Part shown: piece after piece, positions 29,781 to 39,964 of the stretch
How the letters are laid out: every line of letters starts with the position of its first letter
Position numbering within the stretch: position 1 is the first letter of the stretch
Source: Bdellovibrionota bacterium
GTDB taxonomy: Bacteria; Bdellovibrionota_G; JALEGL01; DATDPG01
Length of the DNA: 64,000 bases
Assembly: GCA_963668355.1 (NCBI GenBank)
Contig: OY764265.1
Span: forward strand, 128,001 to 192,000
Direction of reading: 5' to 3'
Made by a program: the position numbers and the translations under genes
The notes under the pieces: model-generated
What the model saw: only the letters and a program-made list of their open reading frames with translations
The model's database searches: none
Told to the model about the DNA's origin: nothing

Positions 29781-30317
29781 ATGAAAACCAACCGGGAAAG
29801 AGAGTCGTTCACCACTTCTCCCTCCATAGGGGAGCTCTCTTTCCCGGAACTCTATAACGAATATCAATCCATGATTCGAGCGGTCATCTACCGCATTTCT
29901 GGTCGATTGGACCTGGATGATTTGGTTCAAGAGGCTTTCGTGAAAGTTTGGAAAAGCCAAACGTCGTTCAAAGGTCAATCTTCCCTCAAAACCTGGATCT
30001 ATCGAATTTCCGTAAACGTTGCGATCGACCACTGCCGAAAAAAGAAGGAGTTCCTGGAATACCGAGATGAATCTTCTCCAAATCCAAAAGGAACGGGAAA
30101 AGAACAAATCCTCGATCACAAAGATCTCGTAAAAAAATTATTTCTTTCGCTGGACACGATGCAGAGAACGCTGTTGACCTTGCAAGCCGTTGAAGGACTG
30201 ACCATTTCAGAAATAGCCGAGGTGATGGACCTTCCCGAAGGGACCGTAAAATCGAAACTTTTCTATGCCAAAGAAAAAGCTTCAAGCTTCTTAATCAAAA
30301 AAGGGGTGAAATTATGA
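29781..30317 (+). CDS. ECF RNA polymerase sigma factor
   Basis: DDLVQEAFVK, TWIYRISVN, EIAEVMDLPEGTVKSKL. Confidence 0.92.
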   Translation: MKTNRERESFTTSPSIGELSFPELYNEYQSMIRAVIYRISGRLDLDDLVQEAFVKVWKSQTSFKGQSSLKTWIYRISVNVAIDHCRKKKEFLEYRDESSPNPKGTGKEQILDHKDLVKKLFLSLDTMQRTLLTLQAVEGLTISEIAEVMDLPEGTVKSKLFYAKEKASSFLIKKGVKL

Positions 30318-30688
30318 TGTCAGATCCTAAAAATGATCAAAGCCTCCTCTCTCTTATTAAAGAGAATGCTCCGGAGGCACCCCATCCTCCGAAAAATGAA
30401 GAGGCGTGCATTCAAGCGTGGATTGAAAATATGGAAAAGCCTTGGTGGAAACGATCCATCGAATGGTTAAATCTGCGTCCTTGGGTTTATGCGTTCGGTG
30501 CTGCAGCTTTGATTGCAGCGGTCATCATCCCCCAAAAAGCAGGAATCTTTGGCGATCCGAAACAGGTGGCTCTCCAAGACCAACAATTGGAGACCTATCT
30601 TCAAAATACGTTAGCCGCGGTTTACCGAACCGAATCCATCGATCTAAATGGATGGGGAGACCTGCTGGAATCGGCAAACGAGCCCTAA
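30314..30688 (+). CDS. Putative single-TM anti-sigma factor
   Basis: ATGA-coupled to the ECF gene; one central TM segment. Confidence 0.65.
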   Translation: MMSDPKNDQSLLSLIKENAPEAPHPPKNEEACIQAWIENMEKPWWKRSIEWLNLRPWVYAFGAAALIAAVIIPQKAGIFGDPKQVALQDQQLETYLQNTLAAVYRTESIDLNGWGDLLESANEP

Positions 30689-30828
30689 GGCATGCAAATG
30701 GGGAAAGAGAATCCCAGACGCCTGAAAATTGCGTTCTTTCTCGACACCTATTCTATTTCAACTGTCTGATTTTATTATCTTTATTTTTTTCCTCGATGGC
30801 ATAAGAATTGCGTTTTTTTAAAAACCAA

Positions 30829-32316
30829 ATGAAAAAAACACTTTTCATATGGGGAATCTTCCTCCTTCTCATGACCCCAAACCAATCGGCTCATGCGCGT
30901 GACGATTTCTTAATGAAAACGAGCGTGGATCAACAAAGAACAGCTGAGTTCCAGAAAAGAAGAAAAGAGGCTCTCCTCCGAAATCAAACCGAAGTTTTCT
31001 TAAGAGGAGACCTCAATCAAGATGGGACCATCGACCAACAAGATTGGAGACTTCTCGATCGCTTGACCGACCTCCACGTAGATTGGTTAAGCCGCATGGA
31101 CATCAACCACAACGAACACATTGACGACGAAGACCTTCAAATGTTGTCATTCCTTGCCGAACGAAACGTGCAGAGAGATCTTAACCAGCTCCTCGCCATC
31201 CGAAACGAATACCAAAACACGTTTGGGACCTCTTTTCCTTTACCTCGCGATTTAAGCTTATTCATTGACCCTGAAGCCAAACCCCAAACACTCGGCATTC
31301 AAACCTCTTGGTCTCCGGGAAGCCCTCCCCCACAAAATGCATTTCCTCATTTTCAGGAGGAACTCGAACTAGCTTTGCGACAGGAGCTTCGTGGAATGAC
31401 CGAGATGCAGTTAGTGCGTTTGGCCGAAAGCTCTCCAGACCGCAGGTTCCATTGGTTACTGGATTTGCTTGAAAAAAATCCTGGTGACCTTTCCATTCTT
31501 CTGGCCCTGGCCATACAGTTCAACGAACTCCACTCGATCAAAGATTCTTGCGTACCCTCAAAAACGGTGGAGCAAATCGTCATGAACCGACAGATCCTTC
31601 AAGAAAGCATTGAGAGGGAAACGACTTCATACTGTACAAGCCATGTAGAAGCCTGCACCCAGGATGTCGACAAAGCCGTTTCCAAAACCATTGATCGAGA
31701 ATTGCAGCGCTCCTTTGAAGACTCAAACCTTTCAATTGAACGCATCAACAAAGGCTTTCTTCGATCCATGTGGAAATCCTCTCAAATCGACAAAAGAAAT
31801 AAATCCTTTCGACGGGGGCGTGTAAAAGTAGATCCAAACCAACTTCGCAGCCTCATCGATTTTGCGAGGCATAACCTAAAGTATCGGACGGTCGTAGCTC
31901 TAAGCGAAATTCCGAAAACCCATGATTGGCCCGTGGATCGAACCGATTTGGGCATGCGCATTCTCTTGGGAGAAGCCATTCTTTTGAACAATGGGGACGT
32001 GGAAGCTGCAAGCTATCTTCTATTAAAAGCCTCTCATACGGCCCATATATTCAGTCGCTTTCATCTTCCAGGAACAAAGGAGTTCGACAAAGCCATGCAC
32101 TGGAGTCTTGCTTCCTTTTTGAGCGTCCGGGAGGATCCAAAAGGCGTGTTCGTGGCCGGCCTTTGGTGGGAGTGGGCTGAACCCATCTTGAAAGCCTTTG
32201 CTTCGAGCCCTCGATCCAAGACCTCTCACTTAGAGGATTTGAGGGACATCATCGTTAACGCGTATGGTATTGAAGCCGGTTGGCAATATGACCGGATCTG
32301 CAAAAACCCAAACTAG
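30829..32316 (+). CDS. Secreted hypothetical protein with dockerin/EF-hand-like Ca-binding pair
   Basis: Signal ending SAHA; GDLNQDGTIDQQD and MDINHNEHIDDEDL. Confidence 0.6.
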   Translation: MKKTLFIWGIFLLLMTPNQSAHARDDFLMKTSVDQQRTAEFQKRRKEALLRNQTEVFLRGDLNQDGTIDQQDWRLLDRLTDLHVDWLSRMDINHNEHIDDEDLQMLSFLAERNVQRDLNQLLAIRNEYQNTFGTSFPLPRDLSLFIDPEAKPQTLGIQTSWSPGSPPPQNAFPHFQEELELALRQELRGMTEMQLVRLAESSPDRRFHWLLDLLEKNPGDLSILLALAIQFNELHSIKDSCVPSKTVEQIVMNRQILQESIERETTSYCTSHVEACTQDVDKAVSKTIDRELQRSFEDSNLSIERINKGFLRSMWKSSQIDKRNKSFRRGRVKVDPNQLRSLIDFARHNLKYRTVVALSEIPKTHDWPVDRTDLGMRILLGEAILLNNGDVEAASYLLLKASHTAHIFSRFHLPGTKEFDKAMHWSLASFLSVREDPKGVFVAGLWWEWAEPILKAFASSPRSKTSHLEDLRDIIVNAYGIEAGWQYDRICKNPN

Positions 32317-32326
32317 ACAATGACAA

Positions 32327-33814
32327 CTACATCGGCTCGCCAATACCAATGGGCAAGCCGAGGTTATACCAAAGAACCAGCATGATCATCCAAGCGATGG
32401 CCGAGAAAACGGCATACGGCAATAGCAAACTAAAGACCGTCCCCACTCCCGCATCCTTTCGATATTCAGACACCCATCCCAAGATCAATGGAAACATCGT
32501 ATAGAGGGGACTGATACCGTTGGTGACCGAGTCTCCGATTCGGTACACAAGCTGCGTGACTGCGGGAGAAACATTGATGTGATACAGCATGGGGACAAAA
32601 ATCGGAGCCATCATGGCCCATTTGGCGGATGCGCTTCCTATAAACAGATTGATCACCAATGCCATCAACACAAAAGAAACAAAGAGGAGAGAACCGTTAA
32701 AGTTCGTGGCTTTCAAGAACTCGGCCCCTTCAATGGCGATCAATTGATCCATGTGACTCCATTGGAAGAGTTTGATGAACTGCGCAATCATGAAACATAA
32801 AACTATGTACGGCCCCAGGGCACGAACGCCCTCCACCATAAAATGTACAATATCCACTTTCTTTTTTACGGTTCCGACCACTTTTCCATAAACCCAGCCC
32901 ACAATCACAAAGAAAAAGAAGAGAATGGGAATCAATCCTTTGAAAAAGGGACTTCGCATGAAAAGTTTGGGATCGGCGTGACGAAGCAAACCATTTTCTG
33001 GGATGATCGTGCTGAAAACCAGAATGAGATAAAAAACTCCAACAACTACCGCCCAGCGCAGTCCTCGTTTTTCGATGTTGGTCAAACCCACATGTTCCTC
33101 GGATGAGATTTCAATCTTTTCATCCCGGAAGAGAGGGAGCGTAAATTTTTTAACCACCCAAGTGAAAAGCACCGCCAACATGAATGTAGAAGCAATCATG
33201 AAATAGAGATTACTGGTCGCAACGACCTCCCCACCCGGTTCGATGGTTTGCATGGCTTCGGTTGTGATCGCTGACAAAAGAACGTCGGTTCCCGCTGGAG
33301 CTAAATTCGCCGTAAATCCTGCGGTGGCCGCAGCATATCCCAAAACAATTCCGGCCAAGGGATGTTTCCCCATTTTCTTAAAAATAATGGCCGCAAGTGG
33401 GGGAACCACGACAATTCCTGCATCAGATCCTATATTTCCACAAGCGCCCAAAACAATGATGGCCGGGATCACCAGCCACTCAGGAACACTAAAGACCACT
33501 CTCTTCATGGCCGCCTCAAGCAATCCAGTTTTTTCAGAAACTGCGACCCCCATCAACATGACCACCACCAAACCCAAGGGAGCGAAATGGGCAAAGTTAT
33601 GCACCATGGAAAGAACCATTTGCTGCAAAGCTGCTTTGGAAAAAAGACTCGTGGCTTGAACAAGTTCCCCAGTTTTGGGATTAACGGCTTCCCAACCCAA
33701 ACCAGACGCAATCATCGAAAGAATGATGGTGGCACAACAAATATAAACGAATAACCAAAAAGGATGGGGAAGCCGATTTCCAACTCGTTCGATCCAGGCA
33801 AAAAAACGCTCCAC
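32327..33814 (-). CDS. AbgT family transporter
   Basis: IERVGNRLPHP, FAPLG, GSASAKWA, YRIGDSVTN. Confidence 0.9.
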   Translation of the reverse strand: MERFFAWIERVGNRLPHPFWLFVYICCATIILSMIASGLGWEAVNPKTGELVQATSLFSKAALQQMVLSMVHNFAHFAPLGLVVVMLMGVAVSEKTGLLEAAMKRVVFSVPEWLVIPAIIVLGACGNIGSDAGIVVVPPLAAIIFKKMGKHPLAGIVLGYAAATAGFTANLAPAGTDVLLSAITTEAMQTIEPGGEVVATSNLYFMIASTFMLAVLFTWVVKKFTLPLFRDEKIEISSEEHVGLTNIEKRGLRWAVVVGVFYLILVFSTIIPENGLLRHADPKLFMRSPFFKGLIPILFFFFVIVGWVYGKVVGTVKKKVDIVHFMVEGVRALGPYIVLCFMIAQFIKLFQWSHMDQLIAIEGAEFLKATNFNGSLLFVSFVLMALVINLFIGSASAKWAMMAPIFVPMLYHINVSPAVTQLVYRIGDSVTNGISPLYTMFPLILGWVSEYRKDAGVGTVFSLLLPYAVFSAIAWMIMLVLWYNLGLPIGIGEPM

Positions 33815-33828
33815 GACATGTCCTCCTT

Positions 33829-33863
33829 AAAAAAAGGGCAAACATCCGAAAATGTTTGCCCTT
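33829..33863 (-). terminator. Rho-independent terminator after pntB
   Basis: AAGGGCAAACAT-N6-ATGTTTGCCCTT 12-bp stem with a T-run on the minus strand. Confidence 0.85.
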
Positions 33864-33890
33864 ATTCTCCAATTAATTTTTCAATGACTC

Positions 33891-35351
33891 TTAGGCTGCT
33901 TCTTTAACCGCAGCAATGAGTTCAACAAAAGCCTTCTTACCATCATTGAAGAACATCAACGTATTGTCCTGAGCAAAAAGCGGATTTGGAATACCCGCAA
34001 ACCCAGGGCTTAGGGATCGTTTGATCACAACCACGGTCCTGGCTTTGTCAACATCAATGATGGGCATTCCGGCAATGGGAGACTGAGGGTCCGTCCGAGC
34101 CACTGGGTTCACAACGTCATTGGCACCAATCACGATGACAACATCGGTTTGCTCAAGCTCAGAGTTGATTTCATCCATCTCTTTCAGTTTTTCATAAGGA
34201 ATGTCGGCTTCAGCCAAAAGGACATTCATATGTCCGGGCATGCGTCCAGCGACCGGATGAATACCATAAGAAACTTCAATGCCCTGCCCTTCAAGCAAAT
34301 TGCCCAAGTCACGTACAGCGTGCTGTGCTTGAGAAACGGCCATTCCATATCCAGGAACCACCACCACTTTCTGAGCACCATCAAACAACATCGCAATTTC
34401 ATCCGCAGATGTGGATTTGACTTTTCCTGCGTAAACATCGTCTGCACTCGCTGTGCTGGATGTGGGTCCCATGGTTGCAAACATGACATTTGCGAGGGAC
34501 CGATTCATGGCTTTACACATGATGCTGGTCAAAATGAGGCCGGAAGCTCCAACCAAAGAACCCGCGATGATGAGAACCGTGTTATTGATCACAAAACCTG
34601 TGGCACAACCGGCCAGTCCTGAATAGGAATTCAAGAGTGCAATCACAACCGGCATATCTGCGCCACCAATCGGAATCGTAATCATAACGCCCAATAAAGC
34701 GGAGATTCCGACCAACCACCAGTAATACGCCATATGCGTCGGGTGCATCACAACCATCACAGCCAGAGCAATGGCGGCCAATGCCAAAAGTGAATTGATC
34801 ACTTGTCGACCTGGAATGCAAATGGAGTCCGAAAACCAAACTTTCTTTCCGAACCATTTGAAGTATTTGACTTTCTCTTGGAGCTTAACAACGGCCACCA
34901 TGGAGCCAAAAAAAGTAATGGAACCAATCAATCCCGAAGCCGCTGTGGCAATCACATTGGGCAGGGTAAGTCCAAGAAGGTCAGCAGTAATCGCACCCGT
35001 AAAGCCGGAGGCTTTGTCCGCCGCGATGGCCAAGGCAGCACCGGCAACCAGCGTAGAGGCTCCACCACCAAAGCCGTTAAAAAGACCCACCATCTCGGGC
35101 ATGGAGGTCATGGGGACAATATAGGCCAAGAAAGCACCGATACCGCCACCGACCAAGCAAGCCGCCAATAAGAATTGCCAACTCACAATGTGCGTGACCC
35201 AAAGAGTAACAATTACCGCGAGCAGCATTCCGATCGAACTGATCATGTTTCCGCGAACAGCTTTTCGCGGATGTGTAAGACCTTTGAGGCCAACAATGAA
35301 TGCAACCGCAGCCAATAAATAAATTAAGTTTTGTAATGCTGTGTTTTCCAC
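33891..35351 (-). CDS. pntB: NAD(P) transhydrogenase beta subunit
   Basis: MTSMPEMV, PIGGADMPVVI, VPGYGMAVSQAQ, IHPVAGRMPGHMNVLLAEA; GTG start after the alpha-2 stop. Confidence 0.95.
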   Translation of the reverse strand: MENTALQNLIYLLAAVAFIVGLKGLTHPRKAVRGNMISSIGMLLAVIVTLWVTHIVSWQFLLAACLVGGGIGAFLAYIVPMTSMPEMVGLFNGFGGGASTLVAGAALAIAADKASGFTGAITADLLGLTLPNVIATAASGLIGSITFFGSMVAVVKLQEKVKYFKWFGKKVWFSDSICIPGRQVINSLLALAAIALAVMVVMHPTHMAYYWWLVGISALLGVMITIPIGGADMPVVIALLNSYSGLAGCATGFVINNTVLIIAGSLVGASGLILTSIMCKAMNRSLANVMFATMGPTSSTASADDVYAGKVKSTSADEIAMLFDGAQKVVVVPGYGMAVSQAQHAVRDLGNLLEGQGIEVSYGIHPVAGRMPGHMNVLLAEADIPYEKLKEMDEINSELEQTDVVIVIGANDVVNPVARTDPQSPIAGMPIIDVDKARTVVVIKRSLSPGFAGIPNPLFAQDNTLMFFNDGKKAFVELIAAVKEAA

Positions 35352-35353
35352 GA

Positions 35354-35632
35354 CTATTTCTTCCTTTTGAACATACCGAGCATTCGGTGTGTAACCAGAT
35401 ATCCACCAACCACATTCATCATGGCGAATGCGACAGCCGCGAAGCCGAGCCAAGCAGCCATTTCAGTTTCTTGCTGAGCCGCCAACACCAATGAACCAAT
35501 CAAGGTAATTCCCGAAATCGCATTCGATCCCGACATGAGAGGTGTGTGAAGTGTGGGAGGCACTTTCGTAATGATCTCGAAACCGATGAACATCGCCAAA
35601 ACAAAGATCGTTAACAACGCAACAAAGGTCAT
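35354..35632 (-). CDS. pntA2: NAD(P) transhydrogenase alpha subunit part 2 (membrane)
   Basis: VPPTLHTPLMSGSNAISG, NVVGGYLVTHRML. Confidence 0.93.
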   Translation of the reverse strand: MTFVALLTIFVLAMFIGFEIITKVPPTLHTPLMSGSNAISGITLIGSLVLAAQQETEMAAWLGFAAVAFAMMNVVGGYLVTHRMLGMFKRKK

Positions 35633-36807
35633 GACGCCTTCCTTTCTTCTGAAGAACCTTCACCCAACAACTCTTTCACCATGGGATGAACCACTTGTCC
35701 TTCTTTTGAAAGGAGTGTGCCGACTGTAATTTCATCCTCAAGATTTACCTCGAGCACACCTTCTTTGTTCACCAAATGTTTCAAGAAGGTGACGATGTTT
35801 CGGGCATACATCTGACTAGCATGAAATGGGATGGATGAGGGAAGGTTGAGCGAGCCAACAATCTTTACATCATGTTTGACCACCGTTTTTCCAGGCTCAG
35901 TGAGTTCACAATTGCCTCCTCGTTCGGCGGCCAAGTCAACAATCACGGATCCCGGCAACATGCCCTTCACCATTTCTTCCGTCACCAAAGTTGGAGCTTT
36001 CTTTCCAGGAACGGCAGCGGTGGTAATGACAATATGCTTATCCGACATTACCTTGGCCATTTCTTCTCTTTGGCGTCGATAGAACTCTTCGCCCATGGCT
36101 TTGGCATACCCACCGGAATCTTGGGAATCTCCCGCATCCAAATTGAGTTCAACAAATTTGGCTCCAAGACTTTCACATTGTTCTTTTACAGCCGGACGGA
36201 TGTCGTACGCATGAACCACAGCACCCATTCGTTTGGAAGAAGCAATGGCTTGAAGTCCGGCAACGCCCGCACCAATGACCAAGACATGAGCCGGAGCTAC
36301 AGTCCCCGCAGCGGTCATCATCATGGGAAACATTCGAGGAGATTCGTTGGCCGCCAACAGAACAGCTTTGTAACCGGCCACGGTCGCCATGGAAGAAAGC
36401 ACGTCCATGCTCTGCGCACGCGTGATTCGAGGCATGAGTTCCATGGAAAATGCACTCACACCTTTTTCCGCCAACGTTCGGATGGCTTTCGGCTCAGATA
36501 AAGCCTCAGCAATCCCCACCAACGTTTGGCCTTTCTTCATGAGATCTAAATCCGATTTTCCAGCTTCCAAGTTCGCCCCATACTGCCGAACTTGCGTCAC
36601 AATATCGGCCGATTGGAACACCTCAGATCGGGAAACCAATTTGGCTCCCTTAGATTTATATTCATCATCCGTGAAGCCAGCTTCCATGCCCGACCCCGAC
36701 TCAACCATCACGTCCAACTTAGCTTTCACCAGCTGCGCAACAGCGTCAGGAGTCAACGCCACACGTTTTTCTCCTGGGTATGTTTCTTTTGGAACTCCAA
36801 CAATCAC
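35629..36807 (-). CDS. pntA1: NAD(P) transhydrogenase alpha subunit part 1
   Basis: PKE...EKRVA, PRITRAQSMDVLSS, GAGVAG, GGYAK, GGNCE. Confidence 0.93.
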   Translation of the reverse strand: MIVGVPKETYPGEKRVALTPDAVAQLVKAKLDVMVESGSGMEAGFTDDEYKSKGAKLVSRSEVFQSADIVTQVRQYGANLEAGKSDLDLMKKGQTLVGIAEALSEPKAIRTLAEKGVSAFSMELMPRITRAQSMDVLSSMATVAGYKAVLLAANESPRMFPMMMTAAGTVAPAHVLVIGAGVAGLQAIASSKRMGAVVHAYDIRPAVKEQCESLGAKFVELNLDAGDSQDSGGYAKAMGEEFYRRQREEMAKVMSDKHIVITTAAVPGKKAPTLVTEEMVKGMLPGSVIVDLAAERGGNCELTEPGKTVVKHDVKIVGSLNLPSSIPFHASQMYARNIVTFLKHLVNKEGVLEVNLEDEITVGTLLSKEGQVVHPMVKELLGEGSSEERKAS

Positions 36808-36977
36808 AATCGCATTCCTTCCTCTGATTTCAAAGGGTTAGCTCAAAATTGAGCATCGACATTTTGCTTTTAGTCGAGTGCCCTCGATTGTCAACCTAAG
36901 TGGTCATGCTTTTACCTGGAATCTTGAACGGCGACTGTCCATATGGTTCACTTCTTGCTCATCTGACTTTAGAACCC

Positions 36978-38510
36978 ATGCAGAAAACCCCAAAACCACC
37001 AAAAATAGCTGTTTTTACAGTGTTTTTCTGGTCCTTCCTGGGCATCCTTGTCGCAGGCTGTGGCGGAATTCAGCCAAAAAAGGACGATTCAACGGCCTCC
37101 CCCACCCGAGCTCAAACCCAATCTTCTTCTTCTGAAACCTCTTTAGACCCCATTTTGGATACGCGCCCCCCAACCGCACCTTCCAACTTGGTCATCACGC
37201 TTTCGCGGACCTATCTCTCCACGGCTGGAGAACGTTGCGTTTACGACCTAAAGTGGGACCCTGCTCACGATGACCAAACCTCCTCGACGGAAATAACGTA
37301 TCAAATCCTGAATGGAAAAACGGTCGTGGATGAGATCTTGGGAAAGACTTCGTACAGATTGATTTTAAATCAAGAGACTCAAACCCCGCTCAAGATTCAC
37401 GTTCGGGCGAAAGACCAATCCGGAAATGTTAGCCCAAACAGTCCTACGCTCACACTTTCCGTCTGCTCCAAAAAGGAGGACCTCGGAACTCCCTCCAAGA
37501 ACTCTTCCCCGAATCGCGAAACCCATTCAAGAACGGAGGAAAAGACTCGCCCCGCCCAAGATGCTCGCCCCGAACTCAAGCGAAATCTGAATCGCAGTGG
37601 ATTCGCTTCCTACCCCAGCGCCCACTATCAAATCAAACGGGATGTAAACTGTCATCCGGACTGGCCGGACGAACTGGCAAAAATCTATCCCTGCGACACC
37701 TTGGGAACCTTCTTTGGTAGCATGACGTTCCCCGACGACTCAACCGGCTTTGTCCTCCGGCGCTGGAATCCTGAGAACTTCCCCATTGTTTTTCATCTTC
37801 ATCCCAATGCTCTGCGTTTTGAAAAAGAAATTTACGAAGTCATTCAAGAACTCAATTCGGTCGGAAGAGATTTGGGAATCACCCCGAAACTGCGTCAAAA
37901 TGCCTGCAAAGACGACTCAGGACCCTTGATCTGCTTAGCTTCTCACCCCACGACCTCAGCCATCGAAGATTATTCCACTCACACACTTCGTCTCACCTAC
38001 ACAGAACATCCCACTCAAACCGTATTTGACTCGGAGTCCAACGAAGTGAAAAACATTGAAGCCAGCATTTCCGGGCTGACAACCTCCGCATTTAACTACA
38101 ATGGGGAGATTCTGGATGCTGACATTCAATTCAACATGCCCATTTTTGAAAAGCTCGTAGAAAAAATCATTCAGAACTATGGAGACCAACTGGGAGAACC
38201 CCAAGAAATCTACCGAAAACATATTCGGTGGCACATCATGCACGAAATGTTGCACGCATTTGGCTTGGAACATAACGAGGTTGGGGAAGCCTACCACTCC
38301 ATGATGAATACGCCGTCCATGATCAGTCGACCTGAAGTCGAACTCTCCTTAACATATGAATTAGAGAGAGAGCCCGGCTTAGACTATGACATCCAAGTTC
38401 TTCGATACCTTTATGTAGAAGACTCCTTCCTCACGCAAGGCGAACTCCCGGATTTCGAGCTAAATCGAACCCATCGTGACTTAATCCTTGTCCAGCGCCC
38501 TTCGACCTAA
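36978..38510 (+). CDS. Lipoprotein zinc metalloprotease (metzincin/matrixin-like) with FN3-like domain
   Basis: Lipobox VAGC; DTRPPTAPSNL...VRAKDQSGNVS; HEMLHAFGLEH and SMM Met-turn. Confidence 0.78.
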   Translation: MQKTPKPPKIAVFTVFFWSFLGILVAGCGGIQPKKDDSTASPTRAQTQSSSSETSLDPILDTRPPTAPSNLVITLSRTYLSTAGERCVYDLKWDPAHDDQTSSTEITYQILNGKTVVDEILGKTSYRLILNQETQTPLKIHVRAKDQSGNVSPNSPTLTLSVCSKKEDLGTPSKNSSPNRETHSRTEEKTRPAQDARPELKRNLNRSGFASYPSAHYQIKRDVNCHPDWPDELAKIYPCDTLGTFFGSMTFPDDSTGFVLRRWNPENFPIVFHLHPNALRFEKEIYEVIQELNSVGRDLGITPKLRQNACKDDSGPLICLASHPTTSAIEDYSTHTLRLTYTEHPTQTVFDSESNEVKNIEASISGLTTSAFNYNGEILDADIQFNMPIFEKLVEKIIQNYGDQLGEPQEIYRKHIRWHIMHEMLHAFGLEHNEVGEAYHSMMNTPSMISRPEVELSLTYELEREPGLDYDIQVLRYLYVEDSFLTQGELPDFELNRTHRDLILVQRPST

Positions 38511-38572
38511 TTTTTGACGGTCTGTGTCTTTCCGATATAGTCCCGCTTCATTAACTCATTCGTGGGGACGAC

Positions 38573-39964
38573 ATGACCGAACAAAATCCATCCAAGCTTT
38601 CCATTCTAGATTCCATCAAAGTTCTCCTAACAGCATCTCGTGGCTATTTGTTGGTAAATCTATCCAATTTCGGAGACGGCATCGCCTACTTCGGCTTCAT
38701 CGGATTGATGGTGCTTTTTATGGAAAAGAATGTGGGGTTTACGGCTCACTACTCCACGGTAAGCATCAGTTCCTTTTCCGGTGCCGTTACCATTTTCATG
38801 GCTTTGGGTGCCGGAGCCCTAGCTGACCGATTGGGCGTCCGACGGGCACTCACCGTTGTCTGGGCGCTTCTCCTTGTGGGCCGAGCGGTGTTCACCATGA
38901 GTCCAATGGGAGGAACGGTTTATTGGTCCGGTGCCATTGCCATTCTGGGTCTCTTTTTAATGGCCGCTGGAGAAGGCGTCATTCAACCGGCTCTCTATGC
39001 AGGAGTTAAGCACTACACGACAGAAAAAACCAAGACCCTGGGGTACGCGTTCATCTATGCCGTCATGAACCTGGGCATTGTGGTTGGAGAAGCTCTCTCC
39101 CCGATCATTCGAAAATGGTGGGCCGCCAATGTTGAGGGCGTGAACATTCTGGACAAAGGTCACGGAGGAGCGGGGATTGAAGGATCTTTTTGGTTCTTCA
39201 CGGGGGTCACTCTCCTCATGCTTCTCATTCATGTCATGTTTTTCACAAAAAAGGTGGAAGAACGAGATCGAAAAGTCGAACCCGATGAAGAGCCCGAGAG
39301 TGAAAAAATTCCTCTCATGCAGAAGGTTAAGAACTTGCCCATTTGGGATGTTCGATTTTTCTCCTTCATCTTCATTCTTCTTCCCGTGCGAACCTTATTC
39401 GCTCACCAATTTCTCACGATGCCTCTTTTTGTCGAACGCGCCTTTCCCGCCTCCGTCGCAGCAAAATGGGAATGGGTTTACATGATTAACCCTGCCGTCA
39501 TCGTCATCTTTGTTCCCTTGATCGCAGCGTTAACACTCAAAAAGAAGGTCTTGGACATGATGATTGTGGGAACGCTATTTAGCGCCCTGTGCAGCTTCCT
39601 TCTTTGCACTGAGCCCAGCCTCACAACCTTGCTGGCCTATATGGTTTTGTTTTCTTTGGGCGAGGCAGTTTGGTCCTCCCGCTTTTTGGAATACATCGCA
39701 GACATCGCCCCCTCTAAACAGGTGGGCGTATACATGGGCTTGGCCACCATTCCTTGGTTTTTGGCAAAATTCACAACGGGTTTATACGCCGGTTGGATGC
39801 TCGACAAATTCGTACCCGCTACAGGCACCCAGCACACCGGGATGCTCTGGTTCATTTATGGAGCGATTGCACTCATTTCCCCAATAGCGCTGTTACTGAT
39901 GAGAAAATGGCTTCTCAAGGGCGTGAGAAACGATGGCGTGGGAAACGAAGCCGCTGAAGCTTAA
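38573..39964 (+). CDS. MFS transporter, POT/peptide-transporter-like
   Basis: 12 TM segments; GALADRLGVRR, Y..MNLG, INP. Confidence 0.8.
   Translation: MTEQNPSKLSILDSIKVLLTASRGYLLVNLSNFGDGIAYFGFIGLMVLFMEKNVGFTAHYSTVSISSFSGAVTIFMALGAGALADRLGVRRALTVVWALLLVGRAVFTMSPMGGTVYWSGAIAILGLFLMAAGEGVIQPALYAGVKHYTTEKTKTLGYAFIYAVMNLGIVVGEALSPIIRKWWAANVEGVNILDKGHGGAGIEGSFWFFTGVTLLMLLIHVMFFTKKVEERDRKVEPDEEPESEKIPLMQKVKNLPIWDVRFFSFIFILLPVRTLFAHQFLTMPLFVERAFPASVAAKWEWVYMINPAVIVIFVPLIAALTLKKKVLDMMIVGTLFSALCSFLLCTEPSLTTLLAYMVLFSLGEAVWSSRFLEYIADIAPSKQVGVYMGLATIPWFLAKFTTGLYAGWMLDKFVPATGTQHTGMLWFIYGAIALISPIALLLMRKWLLKGVRNDGVGNEAAEA

Noticed and set aside
36841..36894. Short inverted repeats upstream of pntA1 (possible Rex site)
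   Set aside because: Arms are only 5-6 bp and do not match TTGTGAA-N4-TTCACAA.
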